The notes: generated from the sequence alone by a model not told the origin. A stretch of 33,188 nt of DNA from Planctomycetota bacterium (GCA_045047305.1 JASFYO010000009.1:1-33188); one strand, 5' to 3'; positions 17,511 to 26,697 are shown, numbered from the stretch's first letter. Numbers and translations: made by a program.

Positions 17511-19651
17511 AGCGCACGCTAAAACTTGCTGCTGTATTGCTTGTTAGTCTCAGCCTTTTGGGTTGTGGCGAAAAGCAGTCGGAAACTCGCGTCGTAGTGT
17601 TCGGTGTCGATGGTCTCGACCCAGAAATGCTGCAGGAGCGTATCGATCGTGGCATGATGCCAAACTTCAAGAAGTTACTGGATAACGGCGCAACCTTTGC
17701 AAAGCTGCAGACTTCTTGGCCTCCGCAATCTCCGGTGGCTTGGTCGAACTTCATCACTGGAGTGAATCCGGGTAAGCATGGTTTGTATGACTTCATTCAT
17801 GCCGACTACGCGAAGAAGAACTACGGAGTGAAGACCTCGATGGCGGATACCAGTCCTGTTGGCATGGATGTCACTTTGTTTGGCTACGACGTCCCGTTGA
17901 CTGGCGGCAAGACTACCAGCACACGCAAATTCCCAGCTTTCTGGGAGACTCTTTCTGATCAAGGCGTACCCACATACGTGCACCGTATGCCTGCAAGTTA
18001 TCCGCTTACGCAAACGAATGCCACGGTTTACCCCGACATGGGCACGCCTGATTTGGTCGGGGCAGCTTCGGGTATCTCTTACCTTTGGACCGAAAAACCA
18101 TGGCAGGGCAAAGCTCTGAGTGGTGAGTCTTATCGTGTGGAGGTCATAGAATTGAATCGCCGCCGCGATGATATGTGGATTCAATGGACCAAACTGTATG
18201 GTCCACCGGAAACCATTCTCAACGTCGATGCCCTCAAGGCTCAAATCCATGAAGCATCTGATGCGGGCGACAACGAAACCGCCAACGCTTTGCAAAAGGA
18301 AATCGAGCGCAAGCAAGAAGTCTCAGTGCCGATTGCTTTGATGGTTGATAATACCGGCGAAGCTCCACAGCTTGCTGTGCAAATTGATCACCAGTACGCC
18401 ACTGCTGCCTTAGGGGAGTGGAGTAACTGGGTTAAGGTGGAGTTCTCGGTGATGGGCGGCTTGATGCCAATCCCCGGCTACACCCGTTTCCGCTTTTTGT
18501 CGGCCGCGCCTTTCGAGGTTTACGCACTTCCAATTCAGTTCGACCCTTTTGCGCCGGCGGCTGAGATTTCCATGCCACCGGAAGCCAGTGCTGAATTAGC
18601 GGAATCCATCGGCCCCTACATCGTGCAAGGATTTGCCGATGCTTATAAGTCCTACAAGGCTGGCTTGCTCGACACCTCGGGATTCATCAACGAGTCCGAC
18701 ATGGTGTTGGCAGAGCGCACCAAGATGATGCACTACGGTCTCGACCAAATCGAGGAAACCGGCGGGCTCTTGTTCCTCTACACCGGCTCGCTCGACATGC
18801 GCTGTCACATGTTGTGGCACACCTCGGATAAGGCTCACCCACACCAAGAACCAGCGGGGGAGTACCTCGGCGTTCCTTACGATGAGCAGATTGACCGTAT
18901 TTACTCGCAGGTCGACATCATGCTTGGCGAAATGGTGAGTCGCATCGAGAAGATGGAGTTAGAAACGGGCAGCAAGATTGAGTTGATTGTGATGTCGGAC
19001 CACGGTTTTGCGCCCTTCCGGCGCAAGATGCATATCAACGATTGGTTAATCCAAGAGAAGTACTTGGTGTTAAAGGAAGGCGTTACGGAAACCCACGATC
19101 TTACATTGAAACTAGATGCCGATGGCCATCCAGAGCCTGGCACTGGTCCTGTGGATTGGAGTAAAACCAGGGCCTATTGTGTCGGTTTCAACGGCATCAT
19201 TTTGAATCGTAAAGGCCGCGAAGCGGAAGGCATTGTCGAAGACTCTGAGATAGAAGCCCTTCTCGCGGAAATCGCCGGCAAATTATTGGCGCTGGAGGAT
19301 GGCGGTGTTTCAGTCCTTACCCGAGTGCTTCCTGCCACGGAAGTCTTCCACGGCCCAGCCGGAATCATGAAGAATGCCCCGGACTTGCAGCTTGGGTTTA
19401 ACGTCGGTTTTGGCGCATCCGATGAATGTGCAACGGGCGGTGTCGTCGGCGAGGGTGAATTCCTCGTGGATAACGATAGCCGCTGGTCAGGTTCTCACCT
19501 GATGGACCCCGAGCTTGTACGGGGTACGATTATTTCTACGTCTGGAAAATCCTTGTCGAAGGACCCGACGCTAGAAGATATCACCGCAACCCTCTACAGT
19601 CTGTTCAACGTCACTCCCCCTGAGGGCCTGGACGGACGCCCTCTCTACTAA
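17507..19651 (+). CDS. Lipoprotein alkaline-phosphatase-superfamily (COG3379-like) enzyme
   Basis: Lipobox LLGC; VFGVDGLD, PPQSPVAWSNFITGVNPGKHGLYDF, LDMRCH, MSDHGF, WSGSH. ATGA overlap with the previous gene. Confidence 0.85.
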   Translation: MKRTLKLAAVLLVSLSLLGCGEKQSETRVVVFGVDGLDPEMLQERIDRGMMPNFKKLLDNGATFAKLQTSWPPQSPVAWSNFITGVNPGKHGLYDFIHADYAKKNYGVKTSMADTSPVGMDVTLFGYDVPLTGGKTTSTRKFPAFWETLSDQGVPTYVHRMPASYPLTQTNATVYPDMGTPDLVGAASGISYLWTEKPWQGKALSGESYRVEVIELNRRRDDMWIQWTKLYGPPETILNVDALKAQIHEASDAGDNETANALQKEIERKQEVSVPIALMVDNTGEAPQLAVQIDHQYATAALGEWSNWVKVEFSVMGGLMPIPGYTRFRFLSAAPFEVYALPIQFDPFAPAAEISMPPEASAELAESIGPYIVQGFADAYKSYKAGLLDTSGFINESDMVLAERTKMMHYGLDQIEETGGLLFLYTGSLDMRCHMLWHTSDKAHPHQEPAGEYLGVPYDEQIDRIYSQVDIMLGEMVSRIEKMELETGSKIELIVMSDHGFAPFRRKMHINDWLIQEKYLVLKEGVTETHDLTLKLDADGHPEPGTGPVDWSKTRAYCVGFNGIILNRKGREAEGIVEDSEIEALLAEIAGKLLALEDGGVSVLTRVLPATEVFHGPAGIMKNAPDLQLGFNVGFGASDECATGGVVGEGEFLVDNDSRWSGSHLMDPELVRGTIISTSGKSLSKDPTLEDITATLYSLFNVTPPEGLDGRPLY

Positions 19652-19672
19652 CCTCCAGAATCGGAGAACATC

Positions 19673-19870
19673 ATGTTTGGTGGAAATAAACTAAAGATCA
19701 ACAAGGACATCATCGAGCGCTGCAAAAAGTGTTCGGAGGTCGCCGGCTACTCTTCCGTGGAGGAGTTCGTCGAGCACATTCTCGAGAAGGAGTTGAAAGG
19801 CATTGAAGGTGCCGGCACTTCTGACGAGGCGATTACCGAAAGCCTGCGTGGCCTCGGTTACATCAGCTAA
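19673..19870 (+). CDS. Small RHH-like protein with C-terminal LxxLGY tail (paralog of 12335-12553)
   Basis: GGAGA SD-like sequence upstream; AGYSSVEEFVEHIL aligns with TGFSSPTEFIVYVL; ends SLRGLGYIS*. Confidence 0.8.
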   Translation: MFGGNKLKINKDIIERCKKCSEVAGYSSVEEFVEHILEKELKGIEGAGTSDEAITESLRGLGYIS

Positions 19871-19900
19871 CTTAAACCGAATCGAAATACCCTTACCACG

Positions 19901-20815
19901 ATGAAACAACGAATCATCGTCATTGGCATCTGCGCACTTCTAGTCGCGGTTGGCGTTCTTGCGCCAGCGGTGATGAATGCAATCTTCGATGTCTTCGACT
20001 TAGCCTTCGGCTGGGCCGGCCCATTCGCGGTCGTCACCATTGTTTCCGGATTGGTTGGGGTGTTGTTCATCCTTGCCTTCCCGCATGTTTCCTCCCAAGA
20101 GGGGATCAAGTCGGTGAAGTCAAAGATCAGCTACAACCTGGTTGCGATTCGATTGTTCCAGGACGATCTCCCAACCGTCATGCGTTCCTTGGGCGCCACG
20201 CTCTCATGGAACTTTGCTTACTTGGGTTTGAACATGCTACCGATGGTGGTGCTTGCTGCGCCATTCATGATTGTGTGGTTCCAGCTCAACGCGCTTTATG
20301 CTTATCAACCAGTCCATGCTGGTTCCGATCAGATGGTGGTGGTGGAGTTAAGTGAAGCCGTGAGTAAGCCTCAAGATGTGGTCGTCACCATGCCTTCGGG
20401 GGAGGTGCTTCAATCCCGCGTCAATCTTGCTTCACGCCACGATGGCACCAACCTCATTCCGGCGACCGTGCTGGTGCGCTACACCCCGAGTGTTGCAGGT
20501 AGCCAAGAGTTGACCTTCAGTTACGCCGGGGAAAAGGTCACTAAAACGGTAGAGGTCGATACCGATCCACGCCGTTTGTCGCGTGTCCGCACCTCCGACC
20601 CGATGGGCGGTTTTATTGCCCAGACCGATCCAATCGTGCTTTACGGTGATCCTATTCTTCCGTCTAGTTCCTTCGTGAGCAACGTCACCGTGGATTACGC
20701 CGCAGCACCACTTGGCTTTCTTGATGGTGGGGAAATGTCGATCATGATTTGGTTCGTGGTGATGTCGATGGTGGTTGGCTTTGCACTAAAAGGCCCTCTT
20801 GGGGTTGAGATTTAG
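19901..20815 (+). CDS. Membrane protein, DUF106/EMC3/TMCO1 (Oxa1-superfamily)-like, with an extracytoplasmic beta-rich insert
   Basis: TM, then SQEGIKSVK helical linker, then LPMVVLAAPF TM, a ~140-aa beta-rich domain, and a final TM WFVVMSMVVGFALKGPLGV. Family assignment is by eye. Confidence 0.55.
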   Translation: MKQRIIVIGICALLVAVGVLAPAVMNAIFDVFDLAFGWAGPFAVVTIVSGLVGVLFILAFPHVSSQEGIKSVKSKISYNLVAIRLFQDDLPTVMRSLGATLSWNFAYLGLNMLPMVVLAAPFMIVWFQLNALYAYQPVHAGSDQMVVVELSEAVSKPQDVVVTMPSGEVLQSRVNLASRHDGTNLIPATVLVRYTPSVAGSQELTFSYAGEKVTKTVEVDTDPRRLSRVRTSDPMGGFIAQTDPIVLYGDPILPSSSFVSNVTVDYAAAPLGFLDGGEMSIMIWFVVMSMVVGFALKGPLGVEI

Positions 20816-20841
20816 GCTCAAGCTGACACCACGCTGAAGCT

Positions 20842-20873
20842 ACAAGGCTCCGAGGCTCTCCTCGGAGCCTTGT
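20842..20873 (+). terminator. Perfect 14-bp stem-loop at the end of the sulfur/AP operon
   Basis: ACAAGGCTCCGAGG-ctct-CCTCGGAGCCTTGT, 26 nt after the stop at 20815; weak U-tract. Confidence 0.65.
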
Positions 20874-21067
20874 GCATTCTGTTGAGAAAAGGGAGCCAGA
20901 CCTGGGCATGGGAAATCTCATCAATCTTCTCCTTTGAAGGAAATAGGGCATAAGGTCCTCCTGCCGCACAGAAATATTTGTGAGCCTCTTGCCTAACTCC
21001 ACGTCTACCTAGCAAACGGGGAAGGCACGCATTCTTCCTCATTCTAGAAATTCAGGATGAAATCGAA

Positions 21068-21490
21068 ATGAGAGTCTCAAGACAAGTTTTATGCTCCGCA
21101 GTGTTCCTTTTTGGAGCTGCGGCTTTTGCTCAATCTGGAACCACTGGGCCCAAAGCCAAGTGTCCCAATAAATCGGTAGACCATGTAGCTGGCACGTTTT
21201 CGGTTGTCGGTCCGGCAGCCTGCGACAACGGTTTTCTAGAGTTTTCCTGGGGCGGTATTAGCATCACCTGGGAGGACCCTGTATGTCCATTGATGATGGT
21301 CTGGACACCACCCTATGACGTCATTGTCGATGGTGCAGGAACCACCATCTCAAACCCCCAAGCGGCTCGTGCGATGGCCTTTTTCTTTGAATGCACGGAA
21401 GATACTTGCGTTCTAACTAGTCATATTCATTTGAGCGGGGATTACCTCACTTACACGGTGGAAGCCTGTCAAGGCGGGGATCCTAGGTAG
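21068..21490 (+). CDS. Small secreted Cys-rich hypothetical protein
   Basis: Signal ending AFA|Q; six Cys in the mature part; AGGA upstream. Confidence 0.7.
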   Translation: MRVSRQVLCSAVFLFGAAAFAQSGTTGPKAKCPNKSVDHVAGTFSVVGPAACDNGFLEFSWGGISITWEDPVCPLMMVWTPPYDVIVDGAGTTISNPQAARAMAFFFECTEDTCVLTSHIHLSGDYLTYTVEACQGGDPR

Positions 21491-21492
21491 TC

Positions 21493-22923
21493 ATGAAGCT
21501 ATTTCCCCTTCTTTTCCTCACTCTCATAGGGCTCGTAGTGTGCTTGCTGCTGTCTATGCAAAACGAAGCCACGGAATCTTCCCAAGTGACCGGCTCGAGC
21601 GCCCAAGAGCTATCGCAAGTGGATCCTGGATTTGCGCCAAGCTCCTTTTCACGCCAATCAGTTCTTCTGGATTCTTCTGCCGTTACTGAATCGTTAAACG
21701 AGCGTTGGCAGGTCATTAAGCCGATGCTACTGCAAAGGAAAACGCGTAGTGTCGGTCTGGCTTTGGCGATGGAGATGCGCGGGATTCCAAGTTTCTTTTT
21801 GGGAAGAATCCAAATAGATATGGAAAAGAATCAGGAATTCGCGAATCCCTTTGGACATCTACTTGCCGTCATCTTGGAGGGATGGCCGCAAATCCCAGGA
21901 GAAACGGATCGCTCCTTAGCGTTGTTTCTCCCGCAGATCTTCGCAGAGGCGGAGCACTCAGAACATGTTTGTGATGTTGCAGCTAGAGCATGGAAAAACC
22001 GCCGCATCCTAGAAACCGGAGATCTTGATTTGGTGCTAGGCATTCGCCCGATGCCTGTGGATACATCTCCCTTATCCGCTCGCATTACGTTTTTCCTCCT
22101 GGCACTCGAAGACGTTTTTCACGCCTTTATGGAAGCTGGAGATTCTGGCCGCGTCGAACGATTTCTGACCGACCCGTCGCAAAAGGTGCGTCTCGTGGCC
22201 ATCCGGGTCTTGTTCGAGGGTAAATCCTCGGCAGAATGGGCCAACATCATGGCACTGCTTGAGGGCATGAGCCCGGAAGATGTCATTGGCCTGGCGGAGT
22301 GGATTGCGGATACTCAAGATCCACAAATTGCTGCTGAGCTGTTGCGCATGATTGCTTCCAGTATGGAAACCACAGGCGGTTTTTTGTCCGCTTGGGCAAG
22401 GCTCGGCAGGAGAGATCTTCGTGTGCTTGAATGGACTCTGCGTTCGGAATTTGACCAGTTAACCGTAGAGCAAACCGCTGAGCCTAACTCCGGTTTCATT
22501 CCCATCGAAAATGTAGGGGAGTTGGACTTCCTTTATCATGAAGGCGCATTACGCAAAGAGGTGATGGATGCCTACTTTTTGAATGCACTCTCGAAAGGGG
22601 AGCCGATGGATGCAGAGATGTTGAATTGGCTTGCACGCCTGGACCAAAACCCCTTAACCCGGGGCCAAGCCTGGAGGACGTTGGGGCGTTCGCCAGACGA
22701 TGCCAACTTGGCACTTACCCTCGGCCTCTTCGCGCAACCGGGCTATCTGGCAACTTTGCGTTTGCCCGGAGAGGAGAGTGACCAGCGTGCCGCCGAGTTC
22801 TTGATTCAATACGTTTCGCCACGCCTGGATGCGAATGAACGGAGCCTGGTTCTCGCACAATCACAGGAGATGCTGTTGTCTGAGGCCGAACGGGAAGCTT
22901 TCCAGAAAGCTTTTTCGGACTAA
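21493..22923 (+). CDS. Membrane-anchored alpha-helical (HEAT-like) hypothetical protein
   Basis: N-terminal TM; DPSQKVRLVAIRVL resembles a HEAT repeat; starts 2 nt after the previous stop. Confidence 0.65.
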   Translation: MKLFPLLFLTLIGLVVCLLLSMQNEATESSQVTGSSAQELSQVDPGFAPSSFSRQSVLLDSSAVTESLNERWQVIKPMLLQRKTRSVGLALAMEMRGIPSFFLGRIQIDMEKNQEFANPFGHLLAVILEGWPQIPGETDRSLALFLPQIFAEAEHSEHVCDVAARAWKNRRILETGDLDLVLGIRPMPVDTSPLSARITFFLLALEDVFHAFMEAGDSGRVERFLTDPSQKVRLVAIRVLFEGKSSAEWANIMALLEGMSPEDVIGLAEWIADTQDPQIAAELLRMIASSMETTGGFLSAWARLGRRDLRVLEWTLRSEFDQLTVEQTAEPNSGFIPIENVGELDFLYHEGALRKEVMDAYFLNALSKGEPMDAEMLNWLARLDQNPLTRGQAWRTLGRSPDDANLALTLGLFAQPGYLATLRLPGEESDQRAAEFLIQYVSPRLDANERSLVLAQSQEMLLSEAEREAFQKAFSD

Positions 22924-22945
22924 ATCAGAGCTTCTAGAGGGCGGT

Positions 22946-22951
22946 TAACAT
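22946..22951 (+). promoter_or_regulatory. Putative -10 box TAACAT, 6 nt before the GTG at 22958
   Basis: TAACAT-gggcac-GTG. Confidence 0.5.
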
Positions 22952-22957
22952 GGGCAC

Positions 22958-24268
22958 GTGAAGATGCACACCAAGATTGCTCTGGCCATGGTGCTGGGCG
23001 CCCTCGCTGGATGGGGGCTACAGACCTTTGCCAGCGCCGATTACATCACCTCGACCGTGATGAAAGGCGGCATGGAGGCGCAACTCCAGGTACTCAGCCC
23101 AGATAGCCAACGCGCGCAATGGCTCACGCCTTTTGTGATGGCCGCCGACATTTTCATGCGTCTACTGAAGATGCTCATCGTGCCGCTAGTTTTGAGCAGC
23201 ATTGTGACTGGCGTGGCTGGCATCTCTGGCGGTAAGGAATTCGGACGCCTTGGTCTGAAGACCATCGCGTATTACATGACCACTTCCTTATTGGCGATTG
23301 TCACTGGCTTGCTGGTCATCAATCTCACCTCGCCTGGTGTCGATGCCGCGCTCAACCTAGCCATCCCGGAGCATTTTAATCCTGGTGAAGGCTCCAGCTT
23401 CCTCGACATTTTGCAGCGCATGGTGCCGCCAAACATCTTCAGCGCGCTTTCCGATAACGGACAAATGCTGCAGATCATCGTTTTCGCGCTGCTGCTCGGC
23501 ACCTTCATCGGACGTGTCGGTGAACCGCACTCCACTCGTATGCGTGAGTTCTTCGACAGCTTCTTTGCCGTGATGATGGCGATTGCAACCGCGATCCTCA
23601 AACTCATCCCGTATGGAGTTTTTGCCTTGGTCGCCAAGGTCGTGGGGGAAACCGGATTCGATGTCTTCGTGCCATTGCTGAAATACATGGGCATTGTTGC
23701 CTTCGCGCTGTTATTCCACGCATGTGTGGTGCTGCCGCTGTTACTGAAATTCGTCGGCGGAATCTCACCGATTGCATGGTTTAAGGCCATGTCGCCCGCG
23801 ATGATGACGGCGCTCTCCACCTCGTCTTCCTCCATCACTCTGCCCGTGACCATGGAGAGCGCGGAACATCGCGGCGGAGTTTCCAACAAGCACACCTCCT
23901 TTGTGCTTCCCCTCGGCGCCACCATCAATATGGACGGCACCGCGCTGTACGAATGTGTTGGGGTGATTTTCCTTTGTCAGTATTATGCTTCGACGGGGGA
24001 TTTCGACCTCACTATGGGCAAGCAGGTTTTCATCGTGATGACCGCGTTATTTGCATCGATTGGCGCAGCAGGAATCCCCTCGGCCGGCCTGATCATGATG
24101 ACCGCCATCCTTAGTGCCCTTGGCTTACCGACCGAAGGTGCCCTCATGCTTCTCGCCATCGACCGCCCGCTAGACATGCTTCGCACCATGGTCAATGTGT
24201 GGTCGGATTCTTGTGGCGCTGCACTCATCGCAAAGTCGGAAGGCGATGCGATACTGTCGCAATCATGA
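22958..24268 (+). CDS. Dicarboxylate/amino acid:cation symporter (DAACS/SDF, GltP/GltT-like)
   Basis: FMRLLKMLIVPLV, STSSSSITLP, PLGATINMDGTALY, SIGAAGIP, DRPLDMLRTMVNV. Confidence 0.93.
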   Translation: MKMHTKIALAMVLGALAGWGLQTFASADYITSTVMKGGMEAQLQVLSPDSQRAQWLTPFVMAADIFMRLLKMLIVPLVLSSIVTGVAGISGGKEFGRLGLKTIAYYMTTSLLAIVTGLLVINLTSPGVDAALNLAIPEHFNPGEGSSFLDILQRMVPPNIFSALSDNGQMLQIIVFALLLGTFIGRVGEPHSTRMREFFDSFFAVMMAIATAILKLIPYGVFALVAKVVGETGFDVFVPLLKYMGIVAFALLFHACVVLPLLLKFVGGISPIAWFKAMSPAMMTALSTSSSSITLPVTMESAEHRGGVSNKHTSFVLPLGATINMDGTALYECVGVIFLCQYYASTGDFDLTMGKQVFIVMTALFASIGAAGIPSAGLIMMTAILSALGLPTEGALMLLAIDRPLDMLRTMVNVWSDSCGAALIAKSEGDAILSQS

Positions 24269-26697
24269 GTGGTGATGACCCCTTTGGTGACCCTGTAGAC
24301 GTCATCCTCCCCGGCGAAGAAGAGCAGAGTCTCGAACAAGTCGCGAAGGAAATCCTGGCGCTTCCGGCGGTCAAAAACGAAACTCCGCCGCAGTTATTGG
24401 TGGTGTTTCCATTGCGTAAATCAGTCCCTTTTCCGGGTCTGATCATGCCGGTACATGCGCAGGATGGCTATGAAGCGAACATCATGGAGAAGGCGCTCGC
24501 GCAGGGCAAACGCGTGGGGCTGCTCTTAGCGCCTGGCATGACCGAAGAAGGTCGAGTCGAAAAAGCTAAGGATTTCGCCATGACAGGTGTCATTGCCGAA
24601 GTCCATCGCCGCATCAAGCTGCCAGATGGGAACACCAACTATCTTTGCCGCGGCCTGCAGCGCTTTCACATTGATCGTTTTGTGCGGGTGAAAGAAGTGC
24701 CGGTGGCGAAAGTCGCTTACCCAGACGATGTCTACCCAGCCGGCGTTGAAACCGAGGCTTTAGCGCGCAATGTGCTGAGCTTGGCGACCAAAGTTGCAGG
24801 CCACAATCCAGGTTTGGGCGACGGCTTCAATCTGGCTGCTCTGAACATCGACCCTGCCGGCAACCTGGCCGACTTTGCTGCGGCTTATCTGCTCAAAGAC
24901 ACCACTGTGAAGCAGAAGGTGTTGGATACGCTGAATGTGCGCGACCGCCTGATGGAGGTCGATGAAGGCCTCACCCGTGAGTTAGTTACTTTGGAGTTGG
25001 GTGACCGCATCCAAAAGGAAATCCATGAGCGCATCGAGGCGCAGCAGAAGGAGTATTTCCTGCGCGAACAAATCCGCATTATTCGCCGCGAGTTAGGGGA
25101 GGAGCAAGATCCCGAGGAACAGGACCGCGAGTTATTTCTCGGTCGTTTGAAGGAGTTTGAATACCCCGAGGAAGTGGAGGCCAAGGTGCGCGATGAAGTG
25201 CAGCGCTTAGGCACCATTCCGCAGGCCTCGCCGGAGTATTCCATCGTGCGCAACTACTTGGAGTGGTTGACTGACTTGCCGTGGTGTATCAGTTCCGAGG
25301 ACCGGATTGATATCGACCATGCCGAACAGCTTTTGGAACGCGACCACTTTGGCTTGAAAGAGGCCAAGGAACGCATTCTGGAGTTTCTGGGTGTGCGCAA
25401 GGTACGCCCCGAACATACCGGTGCGATTTTGTGTTTCGTCGGCCCTCCGGGAGTCGGCAAAACTTCGCTCGCCATGTCGATCGCAGAATCGATGGGGCGG
25501 AAGTTGGAACGCATGAGCCTAGGTGGCATGCGCGATGAGGCAGAAATCAAAGGCCACCGTCGAACCTACATTGGCGCGATGCCAGGTCGCATGTTGCAAA
25601 TGATTCGCCGCGCTGGTGCCAACAACCCGGTCATTGTGCTGGATGAAATCGATAAGTTAGGCAAGGACTTCCGTGGTGATCCTTCGAGTGCGCTTTTGGA
25701 AGTACTGGATCCTGCACAAAACCATAACTTTCTAGACCTGTTTATGGACGTGCCATTCGATTTGTCGAAGGTCATGTTCGTCGCAACGGCAAACAACCTA
25801 TATGAAATCCCAGGACCCTTGCGCGACCGCATGGAAATCATTGAGCTTCCGGGTTACTTACGTTCTGAGAAGGTCAAAATCGCGCAGAAGTATTTGCTGC
25901 CACGTCAGGTTGAGGAACACGGCTTAGATGCCAAGCGCATTAAAATCCCGGTGACAACCATGCGTAGTATCGTGGATGGCTACACCCGAGAGGCGGGCGT
26001 GCGTGGTTTAGAGAAAAAGATTGCTTCCATCTGCCGTAAACGCACCTTGGAAATCGCGCGCAAAAAGCGTCCTGCTGCGGAGATCAAGCCGGCGAAGCTA
26101 GAGGATTACCTCGGCCCAGCTAAGTTCGTGGATGATCCAGTACGCCTACGCCCAGGTGTGGGTGTTGCCCTTGGATTAGCCTATACCTCTTACGGGGGCG
26201 ATGTGCTCGAGATTGAATGCGCAGCCTTTAAGGGGACTGGCCGCGTGCAAGCAACTGGCCGTCTCGGCGAAGTGATGACCGAATCCTGTCGCATTGTGCA
26301 CAGCTTTCTGCGTGACCACCATCTTGACTACGGTCTCGAGGTCGACATGTTCGCCAAGCAAGATCTGCACCTGCACTTCCCTGCGGGCGCAGTGCCTAAG
26401 GATGGACCGAGTGCTGGCATTGCAATTGCCTCGGCCATGGTTTCACGCCTGACGGGCAAAAAACTCAAGGCGCGTTTGGCAATGACCGGTGAAATCACTC
26501 TCACTGGAGAAGTGATGCCGATTGGCGGTGTCCGTGAAAAAGTGTTGGCGGCAAAACGCCTCGGTGTCAAAACCGTGTTGCTGCCGGCCGAGAACGAGCG
26601 CGACGTCAAGCAACTCGATGAAAGCTGGACTCGTGGTTTGAAAATTCAATTCGTCAGCCACTTCTCCGATGTCATGAAGTTGGCCTTTGGACGCTAA
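24265..26697 (+). CDS. lon: ATP-dependent Lon protease
   Basis: LON N-domain, GPPGVGKT, LDEIDK, HRRTYIGAMPG, PKDGPSAG, GGVREK. Start at ATG 24265 (ATGA overlap with the symporter stop). Confidence 0.96.
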   Translation: MSGDDPFGDPVDVILPGEEEQSLEQVAKEILALPAVKNETPPQLLVVFPLRKSVPFPGLIMPVHAQDGYEANIMEKALAQGKRVGLLLAPGMTEEGRVEKAKDFAMTGVIAEVHRRIKLPDGNTNYLCRGLQRFHIDRFVRVKEVPVAKVAYPDDVYPAGVETEALARNVLSLATKVAGHNPGLGDGFNLAALNIDPAGNLADFAAAYLLKDTTVKQKVLDTLNVRDRLMEVDEGLTRELVTLELGDRIQKEIHERIEAQQKEYFLREQIRIIRRELGEEQDPEEQDRELFLGRLKEFEYPEEVEAKVRDEVQRLGTIPQASPEYSIVRNYLEWLTDLPWCISSEDRIDIDHAEQLLERDHFGLKEAKERILEFLGVRKVRPEHTGAILCFVGPPGVGKTSLAMSIAESMGRKLERMSLGGMRDEAEIKGHRRTYIGAMPGRMLQMIRRAGANNPVIVLDEIDKLGKDFRGDPSSALLEVLDPAQNHNFLDLFMDVPFDLSKVMFVATANNLYEIPGPLRDRMEIIELPGYLRSEKVKIAQKYLLPRQVEEHGLDAKRIKIPVTTMRSIVDGYTREAGVRGLEKKIASICRKRTLEIARKKRPAAEIKPAKLEDYLGPAKFVDDPVRLRPGVGVALGLAYTSYGGDVLEIECAAFKGTGRVQATGRLGEVMTESCRIVHSFLRDHHLDYGLEVDMFAKQDLHLHFPAGAVPKDGPSAGIAIASAMVSRLTGKKLKARLAMTGEITLTGEVMPIGGVREKVLAAKRLGVKTVLLPAENERDVKQLDESWTRGLKIQFVSHFSDVMKLAFGR

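Noticed and set aside
24199..24264. Lon start at 24199
   Set aside because: It overlaps the symporter C-terminus by 70 nt. ATG 24265 gives a standard ATGA coupling.
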